Assembly (NCBI GenBank): GCA_050179755.1
Contig: JBFXEV010000001.1
Location: 73,994-137,993, forward strand
From: Candidatus Babeliales bacterium
GTDB lineage: Bacteria; Babelota; Babeliae; Babelales; JBFXEV01
DNA: 64,000 nt
Direction: 5' to 3'
Shown: piece after piece, positions 41,113-51,925 of the stretch
Position numbering within the stretch: position 1 is the stretch's first letter
Layout: the number at the start of each line of letters is the position of its first letter
Program-made: the position numbers and the translations under genes
Notes under the pieces: generated by a model
The model's database searches: none
The model's input: only the letters and a program-made list of their open reading frames with translations
What the model was told of the DNA's origin: nothing

Positions 41113-41961
41113 ATGCTCTACAAGGTAAAAAATAATATATGCTACGCGTTAGGGCTACTTACCTTAGCGTCACTCATTACTTTGCTTATTGGCGTACGTT
41201 ACGGTCTTGATCCGCACTCACTAGAAACAACAGATTTTGTGCCAACAGCACAAGCCCCTTACGCATCGAGTGCCCAACCATTCCTAGATCGCATAGATAC
41301 GCTTATGACAACAACATGGCAGCAACTGGAACAAGACCTACATATTGATTACAGCACATGCAAAGCCTTTATTGACGAGTATGGCAACGAACTGAAAACT
41401 GATATACTGCGCGACAATCGACGCATTGCCAAAAAATCACCAAAAATCTCTGCAAGCATATTAGAAATAGTATATGAAATTTTAAATGATTTTGGCATTG
41501 ATCCGCGTTCAATTTCTATTATTTCTTATGATGGGCAAGGCTCACCGGCAGGCGCTGATGATTATACGTTGCATATAGATGAGAATGCATTTGCAAGTTA
41601 TAGTCCTGAAGCTCAACGATTTATCATTGCCCATGAAATTTCTCATATGAAAAATAGGGATCACACATTTGCGAGCGCGCTAGCAAGTTTGCTCGAATGT
41701 GAATCAAATTCCAGACCTGCAGCATTCCACGCATTTGAAAGAGCCACTGAATTACGCGCTGATATACATGCTATGCTTAAACACCCTGATTATGCACAAG
41801 GGGGCATTAGCTTTTTCCAAGCACTGCTGGACCGCAATGGTGATGGCAGAGGCATTACACATCCACGGCCCAGTGAGCGACTTAAAGTGGCGCACGACAT
41901 ACAAGCTATGCATGCAATGCAAGCACAAAAACTACCAATAACTGGCCTAATAACCGCTTGA
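41113..41961 (+). CDS. M48-like zinc metallopeptidase, N-terminal TM
   Basis: FIIAHEISH, ELRAD, THPRPSER. Confidence 0.85.
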   Translation: MLYKVKNNICYALGLLTLASLITLLIGVRYGLDPHSLETTDFVPTAQAPYASSAQPFLDRIDTLMTTTWQQLEQDLHIDYSTCKAFIDEYGNELKTDILRDNRRIAKKSPKISASILEIVYEILNDFGIDPRSISIISYDGQGSPAGADDYTLHIDENAFASYSPEAQRFIIAHEISHMKNRDHTFASALASLLECESNSRPAAFHAFERATELRADIHAMLKHPDYAQGGISFFQALLDRNGDGRGITHPRPSERLKVAHDIQAMHAMQAQKLPITGLITA

Positions 41962-41968
41962 GGATGTC

Positions 41969-42811
41969 ATGATGATCAACAAACTTAAAAATAATTTTTT
42001 TTCAGTATTGTCAGCATTATGTTTCAGCACAGCGCTTATCTTACTTATTTTTCTGGCTCTAGAAAATCGCCTTAAGCAAGTCATTGATTATTCATTTCTT
42101 ACTACTATTTCTTGCACACAAACCCCACAAGAATTTCATAATCATGTTGTCGATCATCTGGTGACTACCAGTTGGCACCACATTGAAGCCCAAATAAAAA
42201 TTACTTTCAATGATTGCCAAGACTATGTTACCGAACATGAGGCAATCATGAAATTTATGAAAGAAAAAAGTACAAGAGAAAAAAAGGCACAGACTTCACT
42301 AAGCCGGCAAACGGCAGCTTTGATAAAAGAAGTACTTGTCGATTTTAATATCAGTCCCAACTCAATTGATATTATTGCAGATAACGCTTTAGAGAGTAGT
42401 GCTGCTGCCGATGCCTATGCAATCTATATCAATGAAACTAATTTTAATCGCTATAGCTATGAAGCTCAGCGGTTTATTATTGCCCATGAAATTGCACATT
42501 TTAAAAATAAAGACTCATCACTTCATATAGCTCTGGGCGACTTATCACGTATGCATTTTGCATATTTTGATACCAAACCATGCGTAACGTATTTATGCCA
42601 TGCACATGAACATCGGGCTGATATGGACGCTATGCTCAAAAGCCTAGAATACACTAAAGCCGGCATTATGTTTTTTCACGAAGTACTCGACCGAAATGGC
42701 GATAATTATTGCGCCTCTCATCCACGGCCAAGCGATAGACTTAAAATTGCCAAGATGATGGAAGCTTTATATCTAAAACAACAAGCTTCTAGTGCTCGTG
42801 GTATGGCCTAA
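41969..42811 (+). CDS. M48-like zinc metallopeptidase, N-terminal TM
   Basis: FIIAHEIAH, EHRAD, SHPRPSDR. Confidence 0.85.
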   Translation: MMINKLKNNFFSVLSALCFSTALILLIFLALENRLKQVIDYSFLTTISCTQTPQEFHNHVVDHLVTTSWHHIEAQIKITFNDCQDYVTEHEAIMKFMKEKSTREKKAQTSLSRQTAALIKEVLVDFNISPNSIDIIADNALESSAAADAYAIYINETNFNRYSYEAQRFIIAHEIAHFKNKDSSLHIALGDLSRMHFAYFDTKPCVTYLCHAHEHRADMDAMLKSLEYTKAGIMFFHEVLDRNGDNYCASHPRPSDRLKIAKMMEALYLKQQASSARGMA

Positions 42812-42889
42812 TTGGCGCTAGCCGCCATTCCTGCTATACTCAGTTAATCATAACACCTCCACGACTCACATTTGTAATTAAAGGACATC

Positions 42890-44221
42890 ATGTCACACGC
42901 CAATAAACTTTCTTTAACCACCGCAATGCTCATTTGTATGAACGTCATGTTTGGCACCGGAGTATTTATTAATACCGTCCCACTTGCACGAGAAGCAGGC
43001 GCCCTCGGATTTTTTAGTTATTGTCTCATTGCACTGCTGGCCCTACCCCTTATGCTCTCTATGGCGGCAATTTTGGCCTATTACCCTTCCGGTGGTTTTT
43101 ATACATATGCTGCTGCTACCATTTCCCCTTTTGCAGGGTTTGTGAGCGCTTGGGCTTATTTTGTGGGCAAACTAGCTTCTGCTGCTCTCTTGGTAAACGT
43201 ATTTGTAACTTTATTAAAAAACATATTCCCTGCTCTTGCGATCAACAGCCTATTGTTAAATAGCGCCATACTCATTCTTTTTGCATGGCTTAATTTACAT
43301 AGAGCAGAAACTGGCCGAAAGATAATGTATTTGTTTATGGTTCTTAAACTTATGCCTATACTATTTGCTATTTTAAGTTGCTTGTATCTATTCAATTATT
43401 GGAGCATGCCGCCAGAAACATTCTTGTGGGAAGGCATACCCGCCACGTTGCCGTTAGTACTTTATGCGTTTATTGGTTTTGAAGTTGCAACGTCTATTAG
43501 CCGCAATATTGAAAATGCACGTGAAAATGCACCAAAAGTAATTCTTTATTCATATTTTACCGTGATTACTTTTACCATCGTCTATCAACTTTTTTTCTTT
43601 TTGGCTGTAGGTACCGATCTTATGGCACAAACAGATTTTTTAGGAGCATTTCCTGCTTTGCTACATAAACTCATGCCTACACGGCCGATTATTGCCATGC
43701 ACGCCAAAAACTTAATTCATTTGATTGCAGCAACCTCTGCACTTGGCGGTGCTTATGGCATCTTATTTAGTAATCATTGGAACTTATACGCGCTCGCACA
43801 ACACAAGCATACGTGGTTTTCAAAAGCTCTCACGCGCATGAATAAATACGAAATACCATTTTGGGGTGTTATTTTAGAAGCTGTTATTTGTATTAGCTAT
43901 TTGGCTCTTGCGCAAGGCAAAACTACGGTGTTACAACAAATTAGTGTGTTTGGATGCTTAATCTCTTATGCTTTTACCATTATTGCTTTACTGAAAGTGT
44001 ATCAACAGGAACAATGCAAAAACAAAGACACTGCGCATTCTACACTACTGCCGTGGCTTGCAATCCTGAGTTGCCTAGGGCTTTCAACTATGTGCGTACG
44101 CAACTTACTCATTCACGGACCTACCGCACTCTATGCTTTTTTTGGCTTAATCGCATTGGGCATTGTTATGTTCATAGCAACCAAAAAAGAACATGCCTTA
44201 TTGGACCTTCAAAAGCATTAA
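42890..44221 (+). CDS. APC family amino acid permease
   Basis: FGTGVF, PSGGFYTY, YAFIGFE; about 12 TMs. Confidence 0.9.
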   Translation: MSHANKLSLTTAMLICMNVMFGTGVFINTVPLAREAGALGFFSYCLIALLALPLMLSMAAILAYYPSGGFYTYAAATISPFAGFVSAWAYFVGKLASAALLVNVFVTLLKNIFPALAINSLLLNSAILILFAWLNLHRAETGRKIMYLFMVLKLMPILFAILSCLYLFNYWSMPPETFLWEGIPATLPLVLYAFIGFEVATSISRNIENARENAPKVILYSYFTVITFTIVYQLFFFLAVGTDLMAQTDFLGAFPALLHKLMPTRPIIAMHAKNLIHLIAATSALGGAYGILFSNHWNLYALAQHKHTWFSKALTRMNKYEIPFWGVILEAVICISYLALAQGKTTVLQQISVFGCLISYAFTIIALLKVYQQEQCKNKDTAHSTLLPWLAILSCLGLSTMCVRNLLIHGPTALYAFFGLIALGIVMFIATKKEHALLDLQKH

Positions 44222-45259
44222 CGCTAGAATACATAAAATTAACGTAATAATGCTAAAGCGCGTTACTATTTTAGCTTCAGGCCAACCCAGTAATTCAAAA
44301 TGATGGTGAATGGGCGCCATCTTAAAAAGACGTTTACCAAAATATTTAAACGAAGCAACTTGCAAGATAACTGAAAGCACTTCAACCACAAAAAGACCTC
44401 CTGCAAGAGGTAATAATAATTCTTGTTTTGCCATGATGCCAATTAAAGCAAGCACGCTTCCCAATGCCAAAGAGCCAACGTCTCCCATAAAAATTTGCGC
44501 AGGATATGCGTTATACCACAAAAATCCTATTGATGCTCCCACCAAAGATGCTGCAAGCACGCTTACCTCTGAAGAAGCTGCAAGCGGCATATGTAAATAA
44601 GCAGCAATAGTTGCATGCCCTGCAAGATATGCGATGATCGCAAAAGTACAATAATTTATGATAAGTGAACCAATTGCAAGCCCATCAAGACCATCTGTTA
44701 AATTTACGGCGTTACTAAACGCTACCAGAATAAATATCACCCATGGAATAAACAATATGCCAAGCACCGGAGAAAAAGAAGTAAAAAGAGGCACGCTAAC
44801 CGCTGTTGAAATGCCAGAAATATACAATAAAATAGCCACTATTAGTGCCACTAAAATCTGAAGCCTTGATTTAAGTTTGGCAGAAATTCCCTTGCGATGA
44901 CTAATCTTTGACCAATCATCCCAAAATCCTATCGCACCAAAGCCTGAAATGCACAACAGTGCAATCCAAACGTAAGCAGATTGGAGGTTGCACCACAGCA
45001 AACAAGATGCAAAAACAGTGCCCAAAATAAACAAGCCCCCCATGGTTGGCATATTATCTTTTGCTCGATGAGAATCTGGAGTCCACTCACGAGCCTTGGA
45101 TCTAAAAAACTTGCCTGAAGCCTTTATATACCTATCACCAAATAAAAAAGAAAGGGACAAGGAGGTAAGTAAAGCTGCCATTGCCCTAAAGCTGACATAG
45201 TGAAAGGCGTTAGCCCAGGAAAGATAGTGCTTGAGAACAAGTGATACGTGGTAAATCAT
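44198..45259 (-). CDS. mraY: Phospho-N-acetylmuramoyl-pentapeptide transferase
   Basis: PTMGG, NAVNLTDGLDGL, FMGDVGS, MAPIHHHFE. Confidence 0.97.
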   Translation of the reverse strand: MIYHVSLVLKHYLSWANAFHYVSFRAMAALLTSLSLSFLFGDRYIKASGKFFRSKAREWTPDSHRAKDNMPTMGGLFILGTVFASCLLWCNLQSAYVWIALLCISGFGAIGFWDDWSKISHRKGISAKLKSRLQILVALIVAILLYISGISTAVSVPLFTSFSPVLGILFIPWVIFILVAFSNAVNLTDGLDGLAIGSLIINYCTFAIIAYLAGHATIAAYLHMPLAASSEVSVLAASLVGASIGFLWYNAYPAQIFMGDVGSLALGSVLALIGIMAKQELLLPLAGGLFVVEVLSVILQVASFKYFGKRLFKMAPIHHHFELLGWPEAKIVTRFSIITLILCILALMLLKVQ

Positions 45260-45396
45260 AAAAATCTCATAAGGGTATAAAATTTTGGTCTAAATCCGGC
45301 ATATTACAGTGTAGCCGAGAGTTCATCACTCTACCAGGGCATATTTAAAAGGTTTTATACAAAAGCAGCCACCTAACCCTGCAAACCCCCCTTTTT

Positions 45397-45424
45397 TTGA
45401 CATAAAACTCAAAAATGGTACACT
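45397..45424 (+). promoter_or_regulatory. Sigma70-type promoter
   Basis: TTGACA-N16-TACACT with TG before the -10. Confidence 0.55.
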
Positions 45425-45487
45425 GGGTATAGACAAAGAGAAATTGGCTAACCCAAAATCTCACAAATCTAACGGAAGGTATTAAAC

Positions 45488-46042
45488 ATGAAATTCGCTA
45501 TCTGGAATAACTCCTACAAGCTGGCAGTAGCCATCCTTGTATTGGCCACAACAGCAGTATGCAATCCGGCCGTTGCAGGATCATGGCGTGAAACATTCAC
45601 TGGTTTGGCTAAAAAAACCTTAATGTCTCTCCCTGTAAGTGCACAAAAACACATTGCAGGCACGCTTACTACTTATTCAACTCTATCCGAAGCCACTGAA
45701 TGGCGCTTAAAGCTCCTTGTGGATGACTTTTTGGATACCAACAATATGAGACCTTTTTCATATTACGTTGATGAATTTACGCAAATTATAGACGAAAATC
45801 CTGAGTTCTTTAAAGCGCTCTTATTTGAGCATGCACTCAGAGACGATACGCCAGATAAAGATGAAGTCATTATAGCACTTCGTGCCGCTTTAGAAAGAGC
45901 AAAGCACATGAGAAACGTTATTGTCATTAAAAGTATTGTCTATAAACCAATAAGCAAGTTTGTACGTAAAAACACCAAAATCCCTACTGATAAAGATGCG
46001 GAAGCAGCACTAAACTATCACGTAGGTCTTAATAAAGGTTAA
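45488..46042 (+). CDS. Secreted hypothetical protein
   Basis: GGAAGG RBS; signal peptide ending AVA. Confidence 0.7.
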   Translation: MKFAIWNNSYKLAVAILVLATTAVCNPAVAGSWRETFTGLAKKTLMSLPVSAQKHIAGTLTTYSTLSEATEWRLKLLVDDFLDTNNMRPFSYYVDEFTQIIDENPEFFKALLFEHALRDDTPDKDEVIIALRAALERAKHMRNVIVIKSIVYKPISKFVRKNTKIPTDKDAEAALNYHVGLNKG

Positions 46043-46107
46043 GACGGGGATCTGGAGGTCTTTTTCGCGATATTTAATTGCGATACGTTTTATTACACGG
46101 TAAACTA

Positions 46108-46141
46108 GTCCCTAGGGAAGATTTTCTTCCTTAGGGATTTT
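46108..46141 (+). terminator. Rho-independent terminator
   Basis: tccctagggaag..cttccttaggga followed by T-run. Confidence 0.6.
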
Positions 46142-46242
46142 TATATGCGCCATAAAAAAATACCCAAGAATTTATGTAAGACAATTGGCGAATATAATCA
46201 TTCTTAACTTTAGCGTAGTAGGATCGAGCCAGCAAAGTAATC

Positions 46243-48078
46243 ATGAACAAAAACATACAAGTAGACGTTATCGTAGTAGGTGGTGGGCACGCAGGCATAG
46301 AAGCTGCAAGCGCTGCCGCTCGCATGGGCTCACGCACTGTTCTCATCTCACTTAAAATTGATAAAATTGGCCACATGCCTTGCAACCCAGCGGTGGGTGG
46401 CGTTGGCAAAGGCCATATAGTGTTTGAAATTAGCGCATTGGGCGGCATAATGCCCAAATTGTGCACTCAATCATATATTCAAGCGCGTATGCTCAATACA
46501 AGCAAAGGTGCCGCTGTTCACGGCTTACGACTTCAAATTGATAAATATAAATACAATAAGCTCAGCATTGAAATGCTCAAAAACATGGATAACCTTACGC
46601 TTGTTGAAGGCATGGTTGACCGCATTTTGCTTGATGATCAAAAAAACGTGACCGGCGTAGAGCTTGCTGATGGCACTAGTATTACTGCACCGAGCGTTAT
46701 ATTGACTACCGGCACGTTTTTAAATGGCCTCATTCACATTGGCAACGTGCAAAAAGCTGCAGGCCGCGTGGATGAGCAAACCGTGACCAAACTAGCGCAA
46801 TTTTTATATAGCCTCAATCTTGAAATGGGCAGACTAAAAACCGGTACGCCACCACGCCTTGCGCGTGAAAGTTTAGATTTTTCCAAAATGGAATATCAAG
46901 AACCTGATCAGCTTGAATATTTATTTGAATTTGAACCACATAAAGCTGTAAGCACTCATCCCTGTTATATTACGCGCACCAACGAAACAACACACCAAAT
47001 TATTCGTGATAATCTGCATCTTTCTGCCATGTATAATGGCAACATCACCGGCATAGGCCCGCGTTACTGCCCTTCCATAGAAGATAAAATTGGCAGATTC
47101 CCTGATAAAACTTCACACCAAGTTTTTGTGGAACCCGAGGGTGCCGATACTAATGAAATTTACCCGAATGGACTTTCAACATCATTACCTGCATCAGTAC
47201 AAGAAGCATACATTCGTTCTATTAAAGGGTTTGAAAACGCTCAAATCATTCGCCCTGGCTATGCGGTGGAATATGATTTTGTATTGCCACATCAATTACA
47301 CCATACGCTTGAATTAAAACCAATACCAGGCCTCTTTTTGGCAGGCCAAATTAATGGCACAACTGGCTATGAAGAAGCTGCAGGTCAAGGAATTATAGCG
47401 GGAATTAATGCATCATTAAAAAGCAGAAACTTACCTCCTTTTGTATTAAGCCGGCAAGAGAGTTATATTGGCGTAATGATTGATGATTTGGTAACCATGG
47501 GTGTCGATGAACCATATCGTATGTTTACGTCACGCGCGGAACGGCGTTTATTATTGCGTCAGGACAACGTGTTTGCGCGTCTTGGCAAAAAAAGTTATGA
47601 ATTAGGTTTAATATCCAAAGAGCTCTTTGATGCCATTGAAGCAGAAAATACGCTCGTACAAGAAATTATTGCAAACGTACGCAAAAAATGCAATAAACAG
47701 AATTTACTTGAGTTACTCACCAATGATATGGGCAATCTTTCAAAACTGCGCGAGCTTATTGGCATGCGAGTCGGCGAACGCGTGCTCCACACCGTATGGT
47801 CAGAAATTAGATATGCACCCTACATTGTGCGAGAACTTGAAGAAGTAAAGCGTTCTGAGCAATATCAAGAACTTATTATTCCAAGTAATATTGAATATAC
47901 CAACATGCAAGGTCTTTCCAAAGAATTACAAGGCAAGCTCAACAAAGTGCGACCAGCAACCATTGCGCAAGCTGCGTTAATTCCTGGCATGACCCCCGCT
48001 GCAATCTCATTATTAATCTTTAAAGTGCGCAAAAAAAGTTATAATTGCATAGAAAACACAGACAGCGGTTGTAGCTAA
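46243..48078 (+). CDS. mnmG: tRNA uridine-5-carboxymethylaminomethyl(34) synthesis enzyme MnmG
   Basis: GGGHAGIEA, CNPAVGG, GPRYCPSIEDK, AGQINGTTGYEEAA, EPYRMFTSRAE. Confidence 0.97.
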   Translation: MNKNIQVDVIVVGGGHAGIEAASAAARMGSRTVLISLKIDKIGHMPCNPAVGGVGKGHIVFEISALGGIMPKLCTQSYIQARMLNTSKGAAVHGLRLQIDKYKYNKLSIEMLKNMDNLTLVEGMVDRILLDDQKNVTGVELADGTSITAPSVILTTGTFLNGLIHIGNVQKAAGRVDEQTVTKLAQFLYSLNLEMGRLKTGTPPRLARESLDFSKMEYQEPDQLEYLFEFEPHKAVSTHPCYITRTNETTHQIIRDNLHLSAMYNGNITGIGPRYCPSIEDKIGRFPDKTSHQVFVEPEGADTNEIYPNGLSTSLPASVQEAYIRSIKGFENAQIIRPGYAVEYDFVLPHQLHHTLELKPIPGLFLAGQINGTTGYEEAAGQGIIAGINASLKSRNLPPFVLSRQESYIGVMIDDLVTMGVDEPYRMFTSRAERRLLLRQDNVFARLGKKSYELGLISKELFDAIEAENTLVQEIIANVRKKCNKQNLLELLTNDMGNLSKLRELIGMRVGERVLHTVWSEIRYAPYIVRELEEVKRSEQYQELIIPSNIEYTNMQGLSKELQGKLNKVRPATIAQAALIPGMTPAAISLLIFKVRKKSYNCIENTDSGCS

Positions 48079-48196
48079 GCTCGTTGCTCTTACGTGCACT
48101 TTACAATCACTTATTGCTCCAATCATCTTATATTCGGTATACTAAAAGGGTCTACAAATAACTCCACGATTTTTTCGCATAAAAAGGAAGTATACC

Positions 48197-48535
48197 ATGT
48201 ATACATATTTATTATTTGCTCTCTTGAGCGTAAGTTACTCAACAATTGCCATGCATCTTCAGCCAGGGCAATCAATCACCTGGCATACCAGACAATATCA
48301 AGTCACGGAACGTATTGAAAAAAATAATCAAATTACTATTGTAATGGCTCGTGACACGCACCATCTAGGCAACGTTCCCTTACGCACTGAATCTATTACC
48401 CGAATATTTACGCTCGACAACAATGATCCAACAATAACAAGCGGTACCTCTGCCTTCTCTCCTCAGGCCGTAAACACTCTTAAAGTGATTTCCTTTGTTG
48501 GTATACTTGCAGCTTGCACACTTCTTGCAAAATGA
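48197..48535 (+). CDS. Secreted/membrane hypothetical protein
   Basis: Signal peptide ending TIA-M; C-terminal TM. Confidence 0.65.
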   Translation: MYTYLLFALLSVSYSTIAMHLQPGQSITWHTRQYQVTERIEKNNQITIVMARDTHHLGNVPLRTESITRIFTLDNNDPTITSGTSAFSPQAVNTLKVISFVGILAACTLLAK

Positions 48536-48676
48536 ACAATCAGAACATTCATGATTGAATTTTTATTGATACTGTAAGTCAAATTTATACCACAACTCAA
48601 TATCATATTGCATTTAATCACAAGAATTAGGTATACTTTTACTATCTAATCTCATTATTTAAAATTAAGGTCTTTA

Positions 48677-49165
48677 ATGCAGAAAAAATGTATAACTTTT
48701 ACGTTGTTCTTTTTTACGTCTCTTTTAAAAGGTGCAACAGCTGAACCTAAATCAAATAAACTTATAAATGCTCTCACTGCACAACCTACTCAAACAACTA
48801 GTGCTGAAATAAAACCATCTTCACCAAAAAGAACGATCACTATTAAAAATACTATCGAACCAAAAATGCTGACGTATAAACATTGGAGTGGCAATAAAGT
48901 GCCTGATCCTTTTAAAATTGTCATTGATGGCAAAGAAATCGCACCAGGCAAATCAATCACTGTTGCCATAGAAAATGATACGCTACCAGTACAATTTAGT
49001 TATTCATTTATGATGGGTTATAAAAAAGGAACTAATGAGGTCACTTTTCAAGTCCCTGAGCATAAAGATAATCTTAATCTTACTTTTTCATGGGATAATG
49101 ATTACCGCGTAATACTTGAACACGCAAAAGCTATTAAAAAGCAAGCTGTTCTTTCTCAGAGCTAG
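48677..49165 (+). CDS. Secreted hypothetical protein
   Basis: Signal peptide, beta-rich mature part. Confidence 0.7.
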   Translation: MQKKCITFTLFFFTSLLKGATAEPKSNKLINALTAQPTQTTSAEIKPSSPKRTITIKNTIEPKMLTYKHWSGNKVPDPFKIVIDGKEIAPGKSITVAIENDTLPVQFSYSFMMGYKKGTNEVTFQVPEHKDNLNLTFSWDNDYRVILEHAKAIKKQAVLSQS

Positions 49166-49922
49166 GGGTAGCTTTAGTTGCTGATGCTCGCAAATGTAAA
49201 AGGCGCTCATTATATTGTTCTGGTGTTAGTGAAGGCGATAAGCGTTGAGATGTTGTCAAATACTCAGCTGCTCTCTCATATTCACCACTTGTTTCTAACA
49301 ATACAGAAGAATTCAAGCACGCGCGCCCTAAAAATTTATTTAAAAATGCACGCTTTCTTTCAACATTAACCTCTTTTTTTGGTAATGCCTTTATTGCTTT
49401 GTCTGCTGTTTCAATAATCCGCTGCCAACAAGCTCGTGCGTTATCCATGTCGCGCAAACAATAATAGGCAACTCCCAAGCCGTTCTGCACATGATAAAAA
49501 TAATTTTCACTTAATCTATGTTCTGAAAATAACAATAACTCTTTTGCGGCCTCATACTGGGCTTCACTCAAGGATATATACCCAAGTTGAAGAGCTGCCC
49601 ATCCGCGAGCAAAAGGCAGCCCTTGTTTGTGGTTATATGCTGCCATATACGCCTCTTTAGCAGGGACAATCCTCTGTTCGTCCCTAAAGACATCTCCTAA
49701 ACGTGCTTGCGAGGCCGACCATAATATAGTACCAGGATTATCCTTTATATATGCCTGCAATTTCTCTCTAAACCTTATGCGTGGTTCACCGTGTGCTTGA
49801 TAATCATACACTAATAATTCGCGTGCAATTCTACCCTGTTCTTGCACTTTTTTTTCTGCTCTATCCATGGAAATAAGGGGAAAAGATGAGTATAAAATAT
49901 ATATAAATATTAGACGCTTCAT
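49134..49922 (-). CDS. TPR-like protein with signal peptide
   Basis: ARLGDVF, LQLGYI..YEAA, NGLGVAYY..AR, YERAAEY. Confidence 0.75.
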   Translation of the reverse strand: MKRLIFIYILYSSFPLISMDRAEKKVQEQGRIARELLVYDYQAHGEPRIRFREKLQAYIKDNPGTILWSASQARLGDVFRDEQRIVPAKEAYMAAYNHKQGLPFARGWAALQLGYISLSEAQYEAAKELLLFSEHRLSENYFYHVQNGLGVAYYCLRDMDNARACWQRIIETADKAIKALPKKEVNVERKRAFLNKFLGRACLNSSVLLETSGEYERAAEYLTTSQRLSPSLTPEQYNERLLHLRASATKATPSSEKEQLAF

Positions 49923-50033
49923 AATAAGAGTCTCCGCTAAAAAACACCATTACGCATTCTACTCTACACCAGATCATATAAAATATGCAAGAAATCATAT
50001 ATCATACACCTTTTTACTGATATACTAAAATAT

Positions 50034-51923
50034 ATGATACAGATACGCAATGCTTCGTTATCATACGGCTCTCAGACCGTTTTTGACGATATAAACCTTA
50101 CTTTTAATGAAACTGATCGAATTGGCTTGGTTGGCCTAAACGGCTCGGGCAAATCAACGCTTTTAAAAGCTGTTGGAGGACATACTGCCCTTGATGAAGG
50201 TTCAATAACTATTATTGGGTCAAAATCGTTTGCGTATTTACCACAGCATGTAGTCCTTGAATCCTCTAAAAATGTGCTCGATGAAGCTCATACTGCGCAT
50301 AAGGAAATATGGCCGCTTGAAGAAGAGCGGCGCGCCCTTGAAAAAAAAGAGGGAAATATAACCCCAGAAGAAGGCCTTCGTTTTTCAGAACTTGTGGAGC
50401 AACTTCTTGCGCTTGAAGCCCATAAAGCATTTGCTACCTCACAAGAAACACTGCTTGGCCTTGGTTTTACACCAGAGCATCTTAAAGCTCCGGTAAGTGC
50501 ATTAAGTGTAGGATGGAAAATGCGCTTGGTTCTTGCCAAGTTGCTCCTGCAAAAAGCAGATTTTTATTTATTCGATGAGCCAACAAACCACTTGGATATT
50601 GTTGCCAAAGATTGGTTTTTATCATTTCTTAAACAAGCCAATTTTGGTTTTGTTTTAGTGTGCCACGAGCGATATTTTTTAAATCAATTGTGTTCTGAGA
50701 TTGTTGAGCTTGAATTTGGTAATGCAACGCGTTACAAAGGCAATTACTCTCACTATGAAGAACAAAAAGAACATAATCTCATTGAGCTTGAACAAGCTGC
50801 AAAATTGCAACAAAAAGAAATTGATCGCAAAAAAGATACTATCGCCCGTTTTCGTGCCAAAGCAAACAAAGCACGCATGGCAAAGAGTATGGAGAAAGCA
50901 CTTGATCGCATAGAAATAATTGAATTACCGCCTTCACCTAAAAAAATTTCTATCAATTTACCAGCGCCAAAAGTACGTGCTGGCCAAATAATACTCACGG
51001 TCAAAAATGTGGGGCATTCATTTGGGCAAAAGCAAATTTTTAAAAATGCTTCATTTATGATACAACGCGGGCAACGAGTTGCTCTTATTGCTCCTAATGG
51101 TGTAGGCAAAACAACATTGTTTAATATCATAACCAAACATTACGAATTGCAAACTGGCTCTATTGAAATGGGTCATAACGTTGATGCTACCATTTTTCAT
51201 CAAGACCAAGACGCATGGCTTGATAAACACAACACCATTTTTGAAGAAGTGCTCAATAATGCGCCTACTAATAAAACTCCTGAGCAAGCACGCACGTTAC
51301 TTGGCTGCTTTTTATTTGGGCATGAAGATATTAGCAAAAAAATTGGTGTATTGAGTGGTGGTGAAAAGAATCGTGTGAGCATGGTAAAAGTATTGTTGCA
51401 AGATGCCAACTTTTTATTGCTTGATGAACCTACCAACCATTTGGATATTCCTTCAAAAGATATTTTGGTGAAAGCACTTAAAAATTATCAAGGCACACTT
51501 TTATTTGTCTCACATGACCATGACTTTATTAATGATCTTGCAACACATATTATTGCACTTGATGCACATGGCACTAAAAATTACCATGGCAATTACCATG
51601 ATTATTTAGCGCAAGTTAACGCATTCAATGCACAAGCAAGCGCAACACTACCGGTGGTACAACCACAAGATAAACAGCAGAAGAAAGTACATAAAGAACC
51701 TCTCGTTCATAAAAATATCTACGAGCTTCAAAAATTATCAAAGAAACTTGAACGTCAAATCACTCAACTTGAGCAGAACATTGAAAAAACACAACAAAGT
51801 TTCCTTGACCTAGCATATGGCACGCCAGAATTTGATACTAACCACAGAAAACTCATTCAACTTGAAGAGGAACTTAAAAAGACCTTTATTGAATGGGAAT
51901 CAATTCAACTGCAACTTGAGTAA
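50034..51923 (+). CDS. ABC-F family ATPase
   Basis: Two ABC domains (GLNGSGKS, APNGVGKT, DEPTNHLD x2), no TM, C-terminal coiled coil. Confidence 0.93.
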   Translation: MIQIRNASLSYGSQTVFDDINLTFNETDRIGLVGLNGSGKSTLLKAVGGHTALDEGSITIIGSKSFAYLPQHVVLESSKNVLDEAHTAHKEIWPLEEERRALEKKEGNITPEEGLRFSELVEQLLALEAHKAFATSQETLLGLGFTPEHLKAPVSALSVGWKMRLVLAKLLLQKADFYLFDEPTNHLDIVAKDWFLSFLKQANFGFVLVCHERYFLNQLCSEIVELEFGNATRYKGNYSHYEEQKEHNLIELEQAAKLQQKEIDRKKDTIARFRAKANKARMAKSMEKALDRIEIIELPPSPKKISINLPAPKVRAGQIILTVKNVGHSFGQKQIFKNASFMIQRGQRVALIAPNGVGKTTLFNIITKHYELQTGSIEMGHNVDATIFHQDQDAWLDKHNTIFEEVLNNAPTNKTPEQARTLLGCFLFGHEDISKKIGVLSGGEKNRVSMVKVLLQDANFLLLDEPTNHLDIPSKDILVKALKNYQGTLLFVSHDHDFINDLATHIIALDAHGTKNYHGNYHDYLAQVNAFNAQASATLPVVQPQDKQQKKVHKEPLVHKNIYELQKLSKKLERQITQLEQNIEKTQQSFLDLAYGTPEFDTNHRKLIQLEEELKKTFIEWESIQLQLE

Positions 51924-51925
51924 CT

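Noticed and set aside
45260..46242. oriC near mnmG
   Set aside because: No cluster of DnaA boxes seen
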